DNA of 64,000 bases from Pachysolen tannophilus NRRL Y-2460 (lineage: Eukaryota), in assembly GCA_001661245.1 (NCBI GenBank), contig KV454012.1, forward strand, positions 124,001 to 188,000. The letters are read 5' to 3'. Both the position numbers and the translations under genes were made by a program. Below the pieces are notes generated by a model. The model did not search any database. It was not told the origin of the DNA and saw only the letters and a list, made by a program, of their open reading frames with translations. How positions within the stretch are numbered: position 1 is the first letter of the stretch; each line of letters begins with the position of its first letter. Shown here piece by piece: positions 11,466-21,621 of this stretch.

Positions 11466-12530
11466 ATGTCTTTATCAAATACTGTTTTAGTTACTGGAGC
11501 TTCTGGTTTTATTGCTCTTCACGTAATTGATCTCTTATTATCTAAAAATTATCCGGTTATTGGTACTGCTAGAACTCAGGAGAAAGCTGACTTTGTTGTC
11601 AGCAGATTCAAAATTAAATATCCTAATGCAAATATTAAAGTTGTTATAGTTAAAAATATTGCAATTCCAAATGCTTTTGATAGTATTTTTAAAGAAAACA
11701 AAGATATTAAATATGTTATCCATGTTGCTAGCCCAGTCGATTTCACTCAAACAGGTGACAGTGAGGAATATTTTTTAAAACCTGCTGTTAATGGTACTTT
11801 GAATATATTAAATGGTATCAAAAATTTTGCTCCACAAGTAATTAGAGTTGTTATAACTTCTTCAATGGCAGCTGTGGCTGAACATTCCAGCTTTAGTGAT
11901 GCTTTGTTTATTTGTTCTGAGGAAATATGGAGTCCAATTACTTGGGATAAAGCTAAAGATAATAATATAACCGCTTATATGGCTTCAAAGAAATATGCCG
12001 AAAAGACTGCTTGGGATTTCCTCAAAGATGAGAACCCCAACTTCTCGTTGACAACTGTTATACCACCTTATGTTTTTGGACCTCAGGTTTTTGAAGACTC
12101 TTTATCAAAATCTTTAAACGAAACCTCAAAAATTATTCCTGAGGTACTTACAAGAGAAGATAATCAAACTGATCCTAATGCTTTTAATAATCCTTCAGCT
12201 ATATCTGCAGATGTCAGAGATATTGCATTATTGCATGTCTTGGCAATTGAAAATGATTACTCAAACAAAAGATTATTCATTGTTCAAGGTAAATTCTCAG
12301 GTCAAGAAATATTAAATATAGCTAATGAACATTTCCCAGAATTAAAGGGCAAAATTCCAAAAGGTGTTCCAAATGCTGTTGAAGATCATCATGATCACAC
12401 TTTTGGATACAATTGTGACCTGACCCTCAAACTAACTGGTATTAAACTCATTTATTTAGAAAAAACTGTTGCTGATGTCATTCAACAAATTTTAAATTAT
12501 CAGAAAAAGACAGGTAAACAAATTATTTAA
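11466..12530 (+). CDS. GRE2: Gre2-like reductase, tandem copy 2
   Basis: Same motifs (YMASK); both ends nearly identical to copy 1. ATG at 11466. Confidence 0.88.
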   Translation: MSLSNTVLVTGASGFIALHVIDLLLSKNYPVIGTARTQEKADFVVSRFKIKYPNANIKVVIVKNIAIPNAFDSIFKENKDIKYVIHVASPVDFTQTGDSEEYFLKPAVNGTLNILNGIKNFAPQVIRVVITSSMAAVAEHSSFSDALFICSEEIWSPITWDKAKDNNITAYMASKKYAEKTAWDFLKDENPNFSLTTVIPPYVFGPQVFEDSLSKSLNETSKIIPEVLTREDNQTDPNAFNNPSAISADVRDIALLHVLAIENDYSNKRLFIVQGKFSGQEILNIANEHFPELKGKIPKGVPNAVEDHHDHTFGYNCDLTLKLTGIKLIYLEKTVADVIQQILNYQKKTGKQII

Positions 12531-13372
12531 GCGAATTCGGTTGTACAATAAACAAAAATTAAGCTTTTTAAACTATAGTACGTTATTCTGATCCTACACT
12601 AAAATTGGAATTTTATAAAGTTGTTTTTTATAGTTGTTGATAATTGCTAAAAGCAGTAAGACATGTATATAGGCACTATATATATGACTGGAAAGTACCC
12701 AGATAATATGGCTGTAATAAAACTGAAATTAGCTTTCTTTGGAAACTAAGTAATATCACGCTAATGAATAAGTTAGTAACTATGTGCTTACTTGTAGCCA
12801 AAGACTTGTGATTGTAACCATGAAGAAACTAATAACGTCACAGGTAAAGGTCTAGAAAGTAATCATTTAAATATAATCTTTATGTTATATAAGCTTACGT
12901 CTCTTTTTGAATAAGAATAACCGTACAGGCTGCGGCTCGTAATTTAAGCTTTGCTTTCCTGTCTAATGATACACAAGTTTTAGTTGTTCATTCATCAATG
13001 GATTTAAACTTGTTTTATTTTAAAATTAGAAAGCAAATCTTGAATTTGCATCGAGAGCAGTGTGTATAACTATAAGTACATGAGAATCCGTAATTAAGGA
13101 ACTTATTGAGTACTACAATGTTTTTTTTTTTTTTGAATTTTTTTTACTTTTTGATCATGAATGCTCATTAACCTAAATAAATCCCAACCACCGTAAACTA
13201 AATGAAAAAAAAAAAAGAAAAAAGAAATGTAACTAAAAAAAAAATGACCGTGTCTATCTTATATCTATCTTATAAAGTAGATTAAAAAAATGGAACATAA
13301 AAAAACTCCAATATTAATAATTATTATAAAAAAAGAAAGAAGTAAATATTTTGTGTTGCTAGCTGAGACTGA

Positions 13373-14356
13373 TTAAACTCTACCGGCATATTGTCTCATA
13401 AGATTTTCCAATTCTTGTTCCTCATGTAAGGCAGCTTTTTCAATCATTGGATCAACATATGACGAGTTTAATACACCAAACTGTCTTTCCAATGAGAGAG
13501 GACTTTCTCCATATGTTGGACACAGCACATCTACTTCAAGTGAATAATTTCCAGGAGTAGTAACCACTGAAATTACAGATGTAGAGGAAGATCTAGAAAT
13601 GCTTCGAGGTGTAGTTGATGTCAACTGCGGAATAGCTTCAATTGAATCAGCAGATGAAACTGAAGAAGCTGAAATTGGAGAAGGCAAGTGACGGGAAAAA
13701 TCTTCTTGATGACTTTGATATTGATTTTGGTATTCGTAAGGTAATTGAGTAATATTGTGTTGATTTTGATGAGAAATTGAAGAAGCTCTTTTTTTCTGTT
13801 GAATAGTTTGACGAAGTTTTATGGCTTTTTTCAAGTCCAGCTTGATTGGATCCAAAAATCTTTTTAAATAATGACAAAGTTCTTTTTGCTCAATTCTCAA
13901 ATCCCAATTCATCAAATATAATAATTGTTTTTCCATTAAATTAATATCAGCTTCACTGAAAATTCCATCAGTATATTTTGCCCAATGTTTATTCTTTGGT
14001 GAAGAATCATTATGATATTTAGCAGATAAAATTAAACATGCCAAAAATATTCTATGTCTTGTACAAGGTAAACCTTGAGCATCTTTTGGTAATTTTGATC
14101 TCAATCTAGCAAGATAAACCAGCGTAGACATTAAAGTTCCAGTATAAACATTTGTATATCTAACCAATTTTGTAATAAATGTCATTAATGACGGAAGAGT
14201 TTTCTCTCTTTGTGGAGAATTTGGTGGTGAAGGATAAGCTTGATTCTTATCACTCTGACATGGTAACACATGAAGCGTCGATACAACCAAATGATGTAAC
14301 ATCTCTTGAGAAACCGGCGATTTCAAAAAAATTGATAAAGCTTGTGAATCAGACAT
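13373..14356 (-). CDS. PCL1: Pho85 cyclin, Pcl1-like
   Basis: LPSLMTFITKLVRYTNVYT, HRIFLACLILSAKYHNDSSPKNKHWA and INLMEKQLL match the Pcl1 cyclin box. Confidence 0.9.
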   Translation of the reverse strand: MSDSQALSIFLKSPVSQEMLHHLVVSTLHVLPCQSDKNQAYPSPPNSPQREKTLPSLMTFITKLVRYTNVYTGTLMSTLVYLARLRSKLPKDAQGLPCTRHRIFLACLILSAKYHNDSSPKNKHWAKYTDGIFSEADINLMEKQLLYLMNWDLRIEQKELCHYLKRFLDPIKLDLKKAIKLRQTIQQKKRASSISHQNQHNITQLPYEYQNQYQSHQEDFSRHLPSPISASSVSSADSIEAIPQLTSTTPRSISRSSSTSVISVVTTPGNYSLEVDVLCPTYGESPLSLERQFGVLNSSYVDPMIEKAALHEEQELENLMRQYAGRV

Positions 14357-14659
14357 CTTGAAGTACTATTAAGAAATTGAACTACTAGTTATTTTTCAAA
14401 TTAAAAGAACATAAAGAACTAACTTGAAAAGTTTCAATAACTTGGGAAAGAAGATCTTATATATATATATATTTGAATATATATATATATATATATACAT
14501 ACATAAATACCTACATACATCTATTTATCTACAAAGACATCTCTAAATGCATTTCAAAATTTTTTTATAGTAGTATTAAACCCCTTAAACTGTGTTTTCA
14601 GTGAAAAATTCAAGGCACGCAAAAAGGTGTACAGCATAAATTATGTACTTAATACTTAA

Positions 14660-14895
14660 ACGCGATACTAATAAAGGAGTTAAGGCGCGTCATATGTATA
14701 GAAGAAGTAATGAAAAATTAGACAATCTAGTGATAATGATCAACGTCTAATAAGATTCACATTAATACCGTTCCAAATAAGGCTAATTACGCGTTTAATT
14801 ATATATTTAATTATATATTAATTGATTCAAAAAAAAAAAATCGACGCGAGTAAGAAATAATAGGTACGGTATTAAAGAAATATGTATGCACGAAA
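14660..14895. promoter_or_regulatory. Cluster of MCB/SCB-like G1/S elements upstream of PCL1
   Basis: ACGCGA 14660, GCGCGT 14685, ACGCGT 14789, ACGCGA 14844, CACGAAA 14889 in very AT-rich DNA. PCL1 is a known G1 gene. Confidence 0.75.
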
Positions 14896-15112
14896 TATAT
14901 AAAATGAAAAATTAAGTAACCAAATACAGTAAATGAATTGGTATTATTTAATTTACACTTAATTAATCAAATATATTAAGAGAATCTTTATTTTTTTTTT
15001 TTTGCAAGGGGTATGAATCATCTTTTGAGTTTGAGGTTTATTCTAATAATCAATTAATGGTTAAGAAAGTGATTGATTAGAATTGGAATTGGAATTGGAA
15101 TTGGGTGGTGTC

Positions 15113-15970
15113 ATGAGTTTATCATCAGCTAGAAATGTATTGAAACCAGAAACCATTTTGAAAAATCTGAAGATTTTAGTTTCAGATTTTGATGAGACTA
15201 TTACTAATAAAGACACGATCTCTTTAGTTTTCCAAGCTGCTTATGATTATAAGCCAGATTTTCCAAAGTCGCAACAATATTTTGTAGACGTGTATATGAA
15301 AAATTATAACCAATTTATCAATTCAAATAAGATTAAGAGAGATTCTATTGAAAATGAAATTTTTTTCCAGAAACAATTGAAAAAAATTGAATTGAGTAGT
15401 ATTAAAGAATATGAACGCTTAGAATTATTTAAAGATGTTCCCAAAAAAAATTTTTCACAAAAGGCCTCTCTAGTTGAATCAAAGAAAGGATTCATTGATT
15501 TCATAAATTTAGAATCAAGTAATAAAAAATTTATAATTCTTAGTGTTAATTGGACAAGAATAATAATTGAACAATTTTTACAAAAATTATTTTTAAATCC
15601 AAACGATTTTATTATCATTGCAAATGAATTTGAATTTGATAATGAAATTTGTTTGGGATCTTCCTCTTTATCTCTTTGCAATGACGATTCATTTTTCAAT
15701 CCAGAAAATTTCTCTCTTAAAGATGGTATAAGAACCGGTTATGATAAATTATTGATAATTCAAAAAATTATCAACTATTACCAATTAAATGTAAATAATG
15801 GAGAAATTGTATACATTGGAGATAGTTCAACAGATGTTTTACCCATGATTGAATGCCAAAGAGGTATTATTATGAAAGGAGGTAGCGCATCCAAATTGCT
15901 TAATGATTTGGGTTTCAGCGATAATAATAATTTCCTCGAAGTAAAAGACTGGACTGATTTAATAAAATAA
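15113..15970 (+). CDS. CTO1: HAD-like hydrolase, Cto1/YCR015C-like
   Basis: ILVSDFDETITNKDT, ILSVNW, YIGDSSTD. First ATG at 15113. Confidence 0.8.
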   Translation: MSLSSARNVLKPETILKNLKILVSDFDETITNKDTISLVFQAAYDYKPDFPKSQQYFVDVYMKNYNQFINSNKIKRDSIENEIFFQKQLKKIELSSIKEYERLELFKDVPKKNFSQKASLVESKKGFIDFINLESSNKKFIILSVNWTRIIIEQFLQKLFLNPNDFIIIANEFEFDNEICLGSSSLSLCNDDSFFNPENFSLKDGIRTGYDKLLIIQKIINYYQLNVNNGEIVYIGDSSTDVLPMIECQRGIIMKGGSASKLLNDLGFSDNNNFLEVKDWTDLIK

Positions 15971-16202
15971 CTTTATACGATTTTTTCTTCTTTTTTTTTT
16001 TGACTCTAAAGTATTTTAACATTAATTAAAAAAGAACATGGGAAAAAAAATAGAACGAAAAAAAAAAAAAACAAAAATAAAATAAAATAAAATGGCTATG
16101 ATAATAAAAAAGTCAATACACACCCTGAAATTCAAAAAGTTAAACAGAAAAGAAAAAAAAAAAAAAAAAAACTAATAAGTATATATTTTTTTTTCAACCA
16201 CT

Positions 16203-17702
16203 TTAATCTTTAGACTTCTTCTTCTTTTTCTTTGGTGATTCCTCTTCTTCGTCTTTAGCTTTACGTTTTTTTTCCTTTTTCTCTTTTTTCTCCTTTTTTT
16301 CTTTCTTTTCTTTCTTTTCCTTCTTTTCCTTTTTGATTTTTTTCTCTTTTTTTTCAATACTTATTTCGTCATCAGCAGTCAAATCTGAAGTTGGAATACC
16401 TCCTAATGCCAATGCTTCTTTAATAGCATCTGAATTTTTCATTGGTGAAGCACCAGTATCATAGAAATTCAATCTTTCTTCAACTTGTTTTTTCAAGACA
16501 GTTCCAAATATATTATTTGGTTCATCAGAATAATTATCAATTCTTGAAGCAATAGAACATTTATTAGCCAAATATCTTGAAATTCTACCTTTATTTTTAG
16601 CACTAGCTCTTCCAATAAAAGAAGAATGATAGATTAACCCATATTTTGGAGTATTTCCTTTAGTCTTTAAAGCTCTAAATAATGCCTTTTCAGCACCCAA
16701 TATTTGAACAGTTGAAGCAGCTTGTTTTGACAAATTGGTTAATGAACCTGCATGAGAAATTAATCTTGCTCCAACAACTTCACCAATTAATTCCGATAAA
16801 TTTGGTGCTACAGTGTGCATTTTATCAGTAAGATATTTAAACAAATTTTTCCTATAATCAGAAATTGAAACAACTCTTTGAGCAAATGTTGAAACATTTT
16901 CCATATCTTGAGGAGAAATATCTTGACCCATTGATATTCTTGCAGCATCAATAATTTTTTGAGCAATTCCAGAATCATCATTAACTAATTCAGCCAAGCC
17001 ATGTAAAGATTCATCATTTAATGAAGCTTTATCACCAATAAATAAAGTTAATTTGGCAAAAGTATAATTATCAGGAACAATTTTGGCCAATTCTGGGAAA
17101 TGCCAACCGTACCATTCTTTAACTCTCATAGCAAAAGTGTTAATATCTTTATCTAATTGGTCCAATAATGCAATTGCTTGAATAATATGATTATCATTTT
17201 TTTGAACTGAAAACTTAACTTTTGCTCTAGAATAAGCATGTCCAAGACCTAACTGAGCTTTTTCAATATCTCCACTTTGTAATTGTTTTAAAATTTTAAA
17301 ACCATGTGTTCTAATTCCACGCAATAAATCTTGAACAACTTCATTAGAAATACAATCAATGTATGGGAAACTTTCTTTAATAGAAGGACCTAAATTTTTA
17401 TCAGAAATACCTAATGTTACTTGATTTTTCTTTGATGCTCTAGGTATATTCAAATCCAATACAGATTTTAAATAATCAGAAACCAAACCTTCAGAAATCT
17501 CATTCGCATTTTCCAAAGCCTGTGCTGCACCTTTAAAAGGTGCAAACGAAACAAGATCAACCAATTTACTAAATTTACCAAGATCTTTTGCTGCTTCTTG
17601 AACTTCTTTCAATCTAGAACCAATATCATCCTGTTGTAACTTAACTTTGAAGATGGCATAACCCGTCGCTTCCTCAAAAAGCAAATAATCAATACCAGCC
17701 AT
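16203..17702 (-). CDS. NOP56: Box C/D snoRNP core protein Nop56
   Basis: [46 protein letters not shown] and a KKE-repeat tail. Confidence 0.97.
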   Translation of the reverse strand: MAGIDYLLFEEATGYAIFKVKLQQDDIGSRLKEVQEAAKDLGKFSKLVDLVSFAPFKGAAQALENANEISEGLVSDYLKSVLDLNIPRASKKNQVTLGISDKNLGPSIKESFPYIDCISNEVVQDLLRGIRTHGFKILKQLQSGDIEKAQLGLGHAYSRAKVKFSVQKNDNHIIQAIALLDQLDKDINTFAMRVKEWYGWHFPELAKIVPDNYTFAKLTLFIGDKASLNDESLHGLAELVNDDSGIAQKIIDAARISMGQDISPQDMENVSTFAQRVVSISDYRKNLFKYLTDKMHTVAPNLSELIGEVVGARLISHAGSLTNLSKQAASTVQILGAEKALFRALKTKGNTPKYGLIYHSSFIGRASAKNKGRISRYLANKCSIASRIDNYSDEPNNIFGTVLKKQVEERLNFYDTGASPMKNSDAIKEALALGGIPTSDLTADDEISIEKKEKKIKKEKKEKKEKKEKKEKKEKKEKKRKAKDEEEESPKKKKKKSKD

Positions 17703-17877
17703 CACGTTCTTATATTCCTACAGAAAATTCAAAATATCCTTTTCCTTACCTAGATAGCTAATATAACCTATACCTATATAATTAGTAGTTACCTGAAATA
17801 TTTGTTCGTCTTCTTCTCAGTAAATACTTCAAAAAGATAGAAAAAAAAAAAAATAAAAAAAAAAATTTTTTTTTGTG

Positions 17878-17888
17878 TGAAAAATTTT
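17878..17888 (+). promoter_or_regulatory. RRPE element upstream of NOP56
   Basis: TGAAAAATTTT about 180 bp upstream of a ribosome-biogenesis gene. Confidence 0.65.
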
Positions 17889-17982
17889 TTCTTAGTAAAA
17901 TACTTTGGTAACAACATACACTACCCAATATTACCCATATACGATATATGGATGGGATCCTAAGATGGATATGGATTGAGTT

Positions 17983-18991
17983 TTATATATACAAGCTATT
18001 GGAAATGTGAGTACAATTCTTGTAGCATCTTGCCATGTATGCCTTGTGATCTTTTATTAAAATTGTTTTGGAGAGAATTGAACAAAGTTCAAGCACGCTT
18101 TCGTCAGTGTCATTAACAATAAAATTAATGTTTTGTCTATGTATTGAACATAAATTTGATGAAATAAAGCTTGATATACCACTTGAAGCGAAAAAGGGAG
18201 GTTCTAGTAAAGTTAATGATGAATTTTGTCTTTTATTTAAAAGGGAATTTTCTCCATTTAAAGTTGGGCTAAAGTTTGCTGATAATAATAATTTTACCGA
18301 CTCAACGTTATTATTTATACTTATTGTAATTAATTTTTTAAATGATGATGCTATTTTCGTTAAAACCAGTTTAGCTAATAAGTTATAAGTAATCAATTCT
18401 TTGAAAACTGGTAAAATGATATAGTTGAGATAAGTTTTTTCATTAATCTTAACTTTATTAATGATAATTTCAACTGGTTTTAAATCCAATTGTTTAGCAG
18501 TACCAACAAGGTATAATTGTTCATCTTCATTATACTCTTCTTCTTCTTCTTCTTTTTCTTCTTCTGTAACCTTTATACTACTTGGTTTACTTAAAACATA
18601 TTCTATTTTGATTTTGCCTATTTTTTCAATTTTATCATTCAGAGATAATCCAAGAACAATTCTATCTAAGCGCTGTGGTAAAACTAACAAATAATCAACC
18701 AGTTGTAATTCATTATTTAACAATAATTCAACATCAATTTTTGGGATAACTATATCTCTTGCTGGCACTGAAGGGTCCTCTTCTTCTAATTGTTCGTTCA
18801 ATGTATGACGAGGTGGCGGTAAATCGGTCCATGGTTTGATCTATAAACAAATTATAGTAAAAACAAAAACAAAAAAAAACAACTTAGTTAGTAAAATACA
18901 TTCTTTAATTTTTAATTTCTAATTGCAAATATCAAGATTCGGAATTGCAAAGACACAAAATCTTGGCAAATCAAATAGAACTTACAATCAT
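17983..18991 (-). CDS. PBA1: 20S proteasome assembly chaperone Pba1/Poc1; exons 18991-18986 and 18840-17983
   Basis: ATGATT|GTAAGT (18985), TACTAAC (18893-18887), TAG (18841). Spliced N-terminus is MIIKPWTDLPPPRH; C-terminal LYI HbYX motif; lies beside YKE2 and COQ9. Confidence 0.82.
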
Positions 18992-19183
18992 TGTTTTAAC
19001 TTTTTGTAATGAAAAAAAAAAAAAATTGATATAATTGATGTATTTATGTTAGGGTTTATTTTTTACTTTTTAAAATTTTCTTTCAACTACTTTAATATAT
19101 AAATATATATAAATATATATTATATATCAAATATAAGAAATTTTTATTAATTTTATATAAATTAATTCATCGAAGCAGTTATA

Positions 19184-19600
19184 ATGTCTGGAAAGAAAGA
19201 GCTTAGTTTAGAGTTGGAAAAATTATCCAAGAAATATACAGAGTTACAAACAAATATTAATGAAATATATATTGCTAGACAAAAATTAGAAACGCAATAT
19301 CAAGAAAATAAAATTGTTAAAGAAGAATTGGATCTGATTAAGTCTAAAAAGGATTCTGAAGAGGAAAAAATTTTTAAATTGGTTGGACCAGTGTTGTTAC
19401 CACAAGATTTAACAGAATCATGTTTAAATGTTGATAAAAGAATTGAATTTATCTTAAAAGAAATTGAAAAAGCTGAAAAAAATTTGGTTAATACGGAGAA
19501 ATCTATAGAAAGTACTAGAGATGAGTTGATTGGAGTAAGAACCAAATTACAAGGTCTTGCAGGATCTAACTCTGGAGTACCTGCAGTGCCAGCATCTTAG
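19184..19600 (+). CDS. YKE2: Prefoldin subunit 6
   Basis: RQKLETQYQENKIVKEE, IFKLVGPVLLPQD, NVDKRIEFI. Confidence 0.93.
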   Translation: MSGKKELSLELEKLSKKYTELQTNINEIYIARQKLETQYQENKIVKEELDLIKSKKDSEEEKIFKLVGPVLLPQDLTESCLNVDKRIEFILKEIEKAEKNLVNTEKSIESTRDELIGVRTKLQGLAGSNSGVPAVPAS

Positions 19601-19640
19601 TTATATATATATATATATTAAAAAATAATAAATTAATGGT

Positions 19641-20486
19641 TCAACCTTTTACAGATTGAGATTTTATTAAATTAATTAAACTTATAAGATTAAACAATGT
19701 CCATTCTTCAACGTTATTATAAGCTTCCCCTAATTTATCTATTTCATCGATTTTATAATTCATAAAAGACATTGTATCTTCAAAATCTTGACTTTTATCT
19801 TTCAACATATATAATTCACTTTGAATATAAATACTTGCAATTGAGAAACGTTTAGTATACCATTTAAAATCATTTGAGTTATCACCAGCTAAATAACAAA
19901 TTTCATCTGTTAAATTTTGTAATTCATCTATTGAATGATTTAAATTTGAAGGTAAAATCATTAATGCTAATGCTTCATGATAATGTGATAAAATTGGTTT
20001 ATTCATTTCTAATCTTTTTTGTAATAATTTTTTCAAATTTAAAGTTTCATTTTTAAAATTTAAATCAATTAATTGATCTTTATCTAAAGATAATAAATTT
20101 CTCTTTTCACAAAGGTTAAAATAAATTAATGAATTTATAGGAGAACCATATTTAGAAAAATTGAAAAGTGTAGATATATTATCTGTATCATAATTAAGAC
20201 TACGCAATGATTCTGTAATTGATTTTTCAGTAAATCCATAAATTGGTACATAATTCTTTATTGCTTTTTCTAAAATTTTAAATTGAATTGATTCTTTATT
20301 AAAATATTCTTCATTTGGGTGTTGTAATGAAAAATAACCGCGCTTAGTCTGAACCAATTTATTTTTAGATAAAACACAAGATACTGGACGTAGAGCCATA
20401 CCGCTGAAACCTGGTAACAGCAGCACCAGCAGCACCAGCAGCAATTGTTGTTGCTTCTGCAAAAACAGGGGAAATTTTAAACCCAT
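19641..20486 (-). CDS. COQ9: Ubiquinone biosynthesis protein Coq9
   Basis: AGDNSNDFKWYTKR, SELYMLKDKSQDFEDT, C-terminal NLIKSQ. Start may be 20486 or the downstream MALRP (20399). Confidence 0.9.
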   Translation of the reverse strand: MGLKFPLFLQKQQQLLLVLLVLLLPGFSGMALRPVSCVLSKNKLVQTKRGYFSLQHPNEEYFNKESIQFKILEKAIKNYVPIYGFTEKSITESLRSLNYDTDNISTLFNFSKYGSPINSLIYFNLCEKRNLLSLDKDQLIDLNFKNETLNLKKLLQKRLEMNKPILSHYHEALALMILPSNLNHSIDELQNLTDEICYLAGDNSNDFKWYTKRFSIASIYIQSELYMLKDKSQDFEDTMSFMNYKIDEIDKLGEAYNNVEEWTLFNLISLINLIKSQSVKG

Positions 20487-21563
20487 TTTAAAATTAAATA
20501 TTTTATTCCAAAGACAAATAAACTTATTTTTGAAAATAACATTATATTTTTTTTATACATGTTTTATGTGTGTATAATAGGTTTTTACTAAACACTTTCA
20601 TTAAATTCTCTTTTTTTTTTTGTTTTTTTTTTTGTTGTCCGCATACACGACTTAGCATATCAATATAAATGTGACACAGGAAACTGTGACACAAGGACCT
20701 ACGGTGATATTCCGAGGGCTTTTTTTTTTAATTTATTTTTCTCTTTTTTTTTTCGCACGACTATTGAGAATAAACTATTTAAAACTAAATCTAGCCAATT
20801 CCATTTTACCCCCACTATTGCTAATATACAAAACAAAAAAAAAAAAAAAAAAAAAAAATTTAAACTTAAAAATTAAACTCAGTTTTTTTTTCATACTTAG
20901 TACGCGACCAAAACGTCACTTTTAACGCGTTCTCATCTAATAACTGCGCCAAGTATTTTAAATTTTTTTTATTATGTTGCAACATTTTTTGAACAGTTTC
21001 TGTCATTTACATTGTTATTGTCATTGATTTTTCAACCGCCTGAGATTTCATGTAGAAATTCTAAAAAAAATAAAAAATAAAAAATAAATAAAAAAAAAAT
21101 TTTTTTTTTTTTTCTCCCCTCTTCTTCCGCTTTCTTTTCCGCTTTCACCTCGGCTTTTCCCTTCGCCTTCCCTTCTCTTCCCGCAAAATTTAAATCAAAA
21201 TCAAAATCAAAATCAAAACGTTGAAAAAAACTAAAACTAAAAAAAAAAAAAAAAACGCCCAAATCTCTTTGATGTCCAAATCGGGTAAATTAATTTTTTA
21301 CTCTTCTTTACTTATTAAAATAAAGTAAAATGTAAAAAGGATAAAAAAAATAAGAAAATTTACAATTTTATATTAATTCTATTATTAATTCTATTTATAT
21401 CTTTAATTCTAATATTATTTTATTAAACAAAAGTATCCTTTTTTTTTATTATTTTTTTTTTTTTTCTTCTAATTCTTATTTCTTTCTTTTTTGCTTTTTT
21501 AATCAATCATTCAAGATATCCCATATCCTATATCCCATAATACATCCCTTTAACTAATACTAA

Positions 21564-21609
<46 letters not shown>

Positions 21610-21621
21610 AAAAAATAAGCC

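Noticed and set aside
12531..13370. Long convergent intergenic region as LTR remnant or SRP RNA (GGCTGTAAT)
   Set aside because: No LTR termini, repeat partner or GC-rich structured body visible.
15080..15104. N-terminal ELELEL extension of CTO1 in the ORF track
   Set aside because: Comes from a GAATTG hexamer repeat and a non-ATG start; the first ATG is 15113.
21549..21621. Possible 5'-UTR intron before RGA (ACTAAT/ACTAAAG plus T39)
   Set aside because: No canonical branch point or convincing donor; long T tracts are common in this window.
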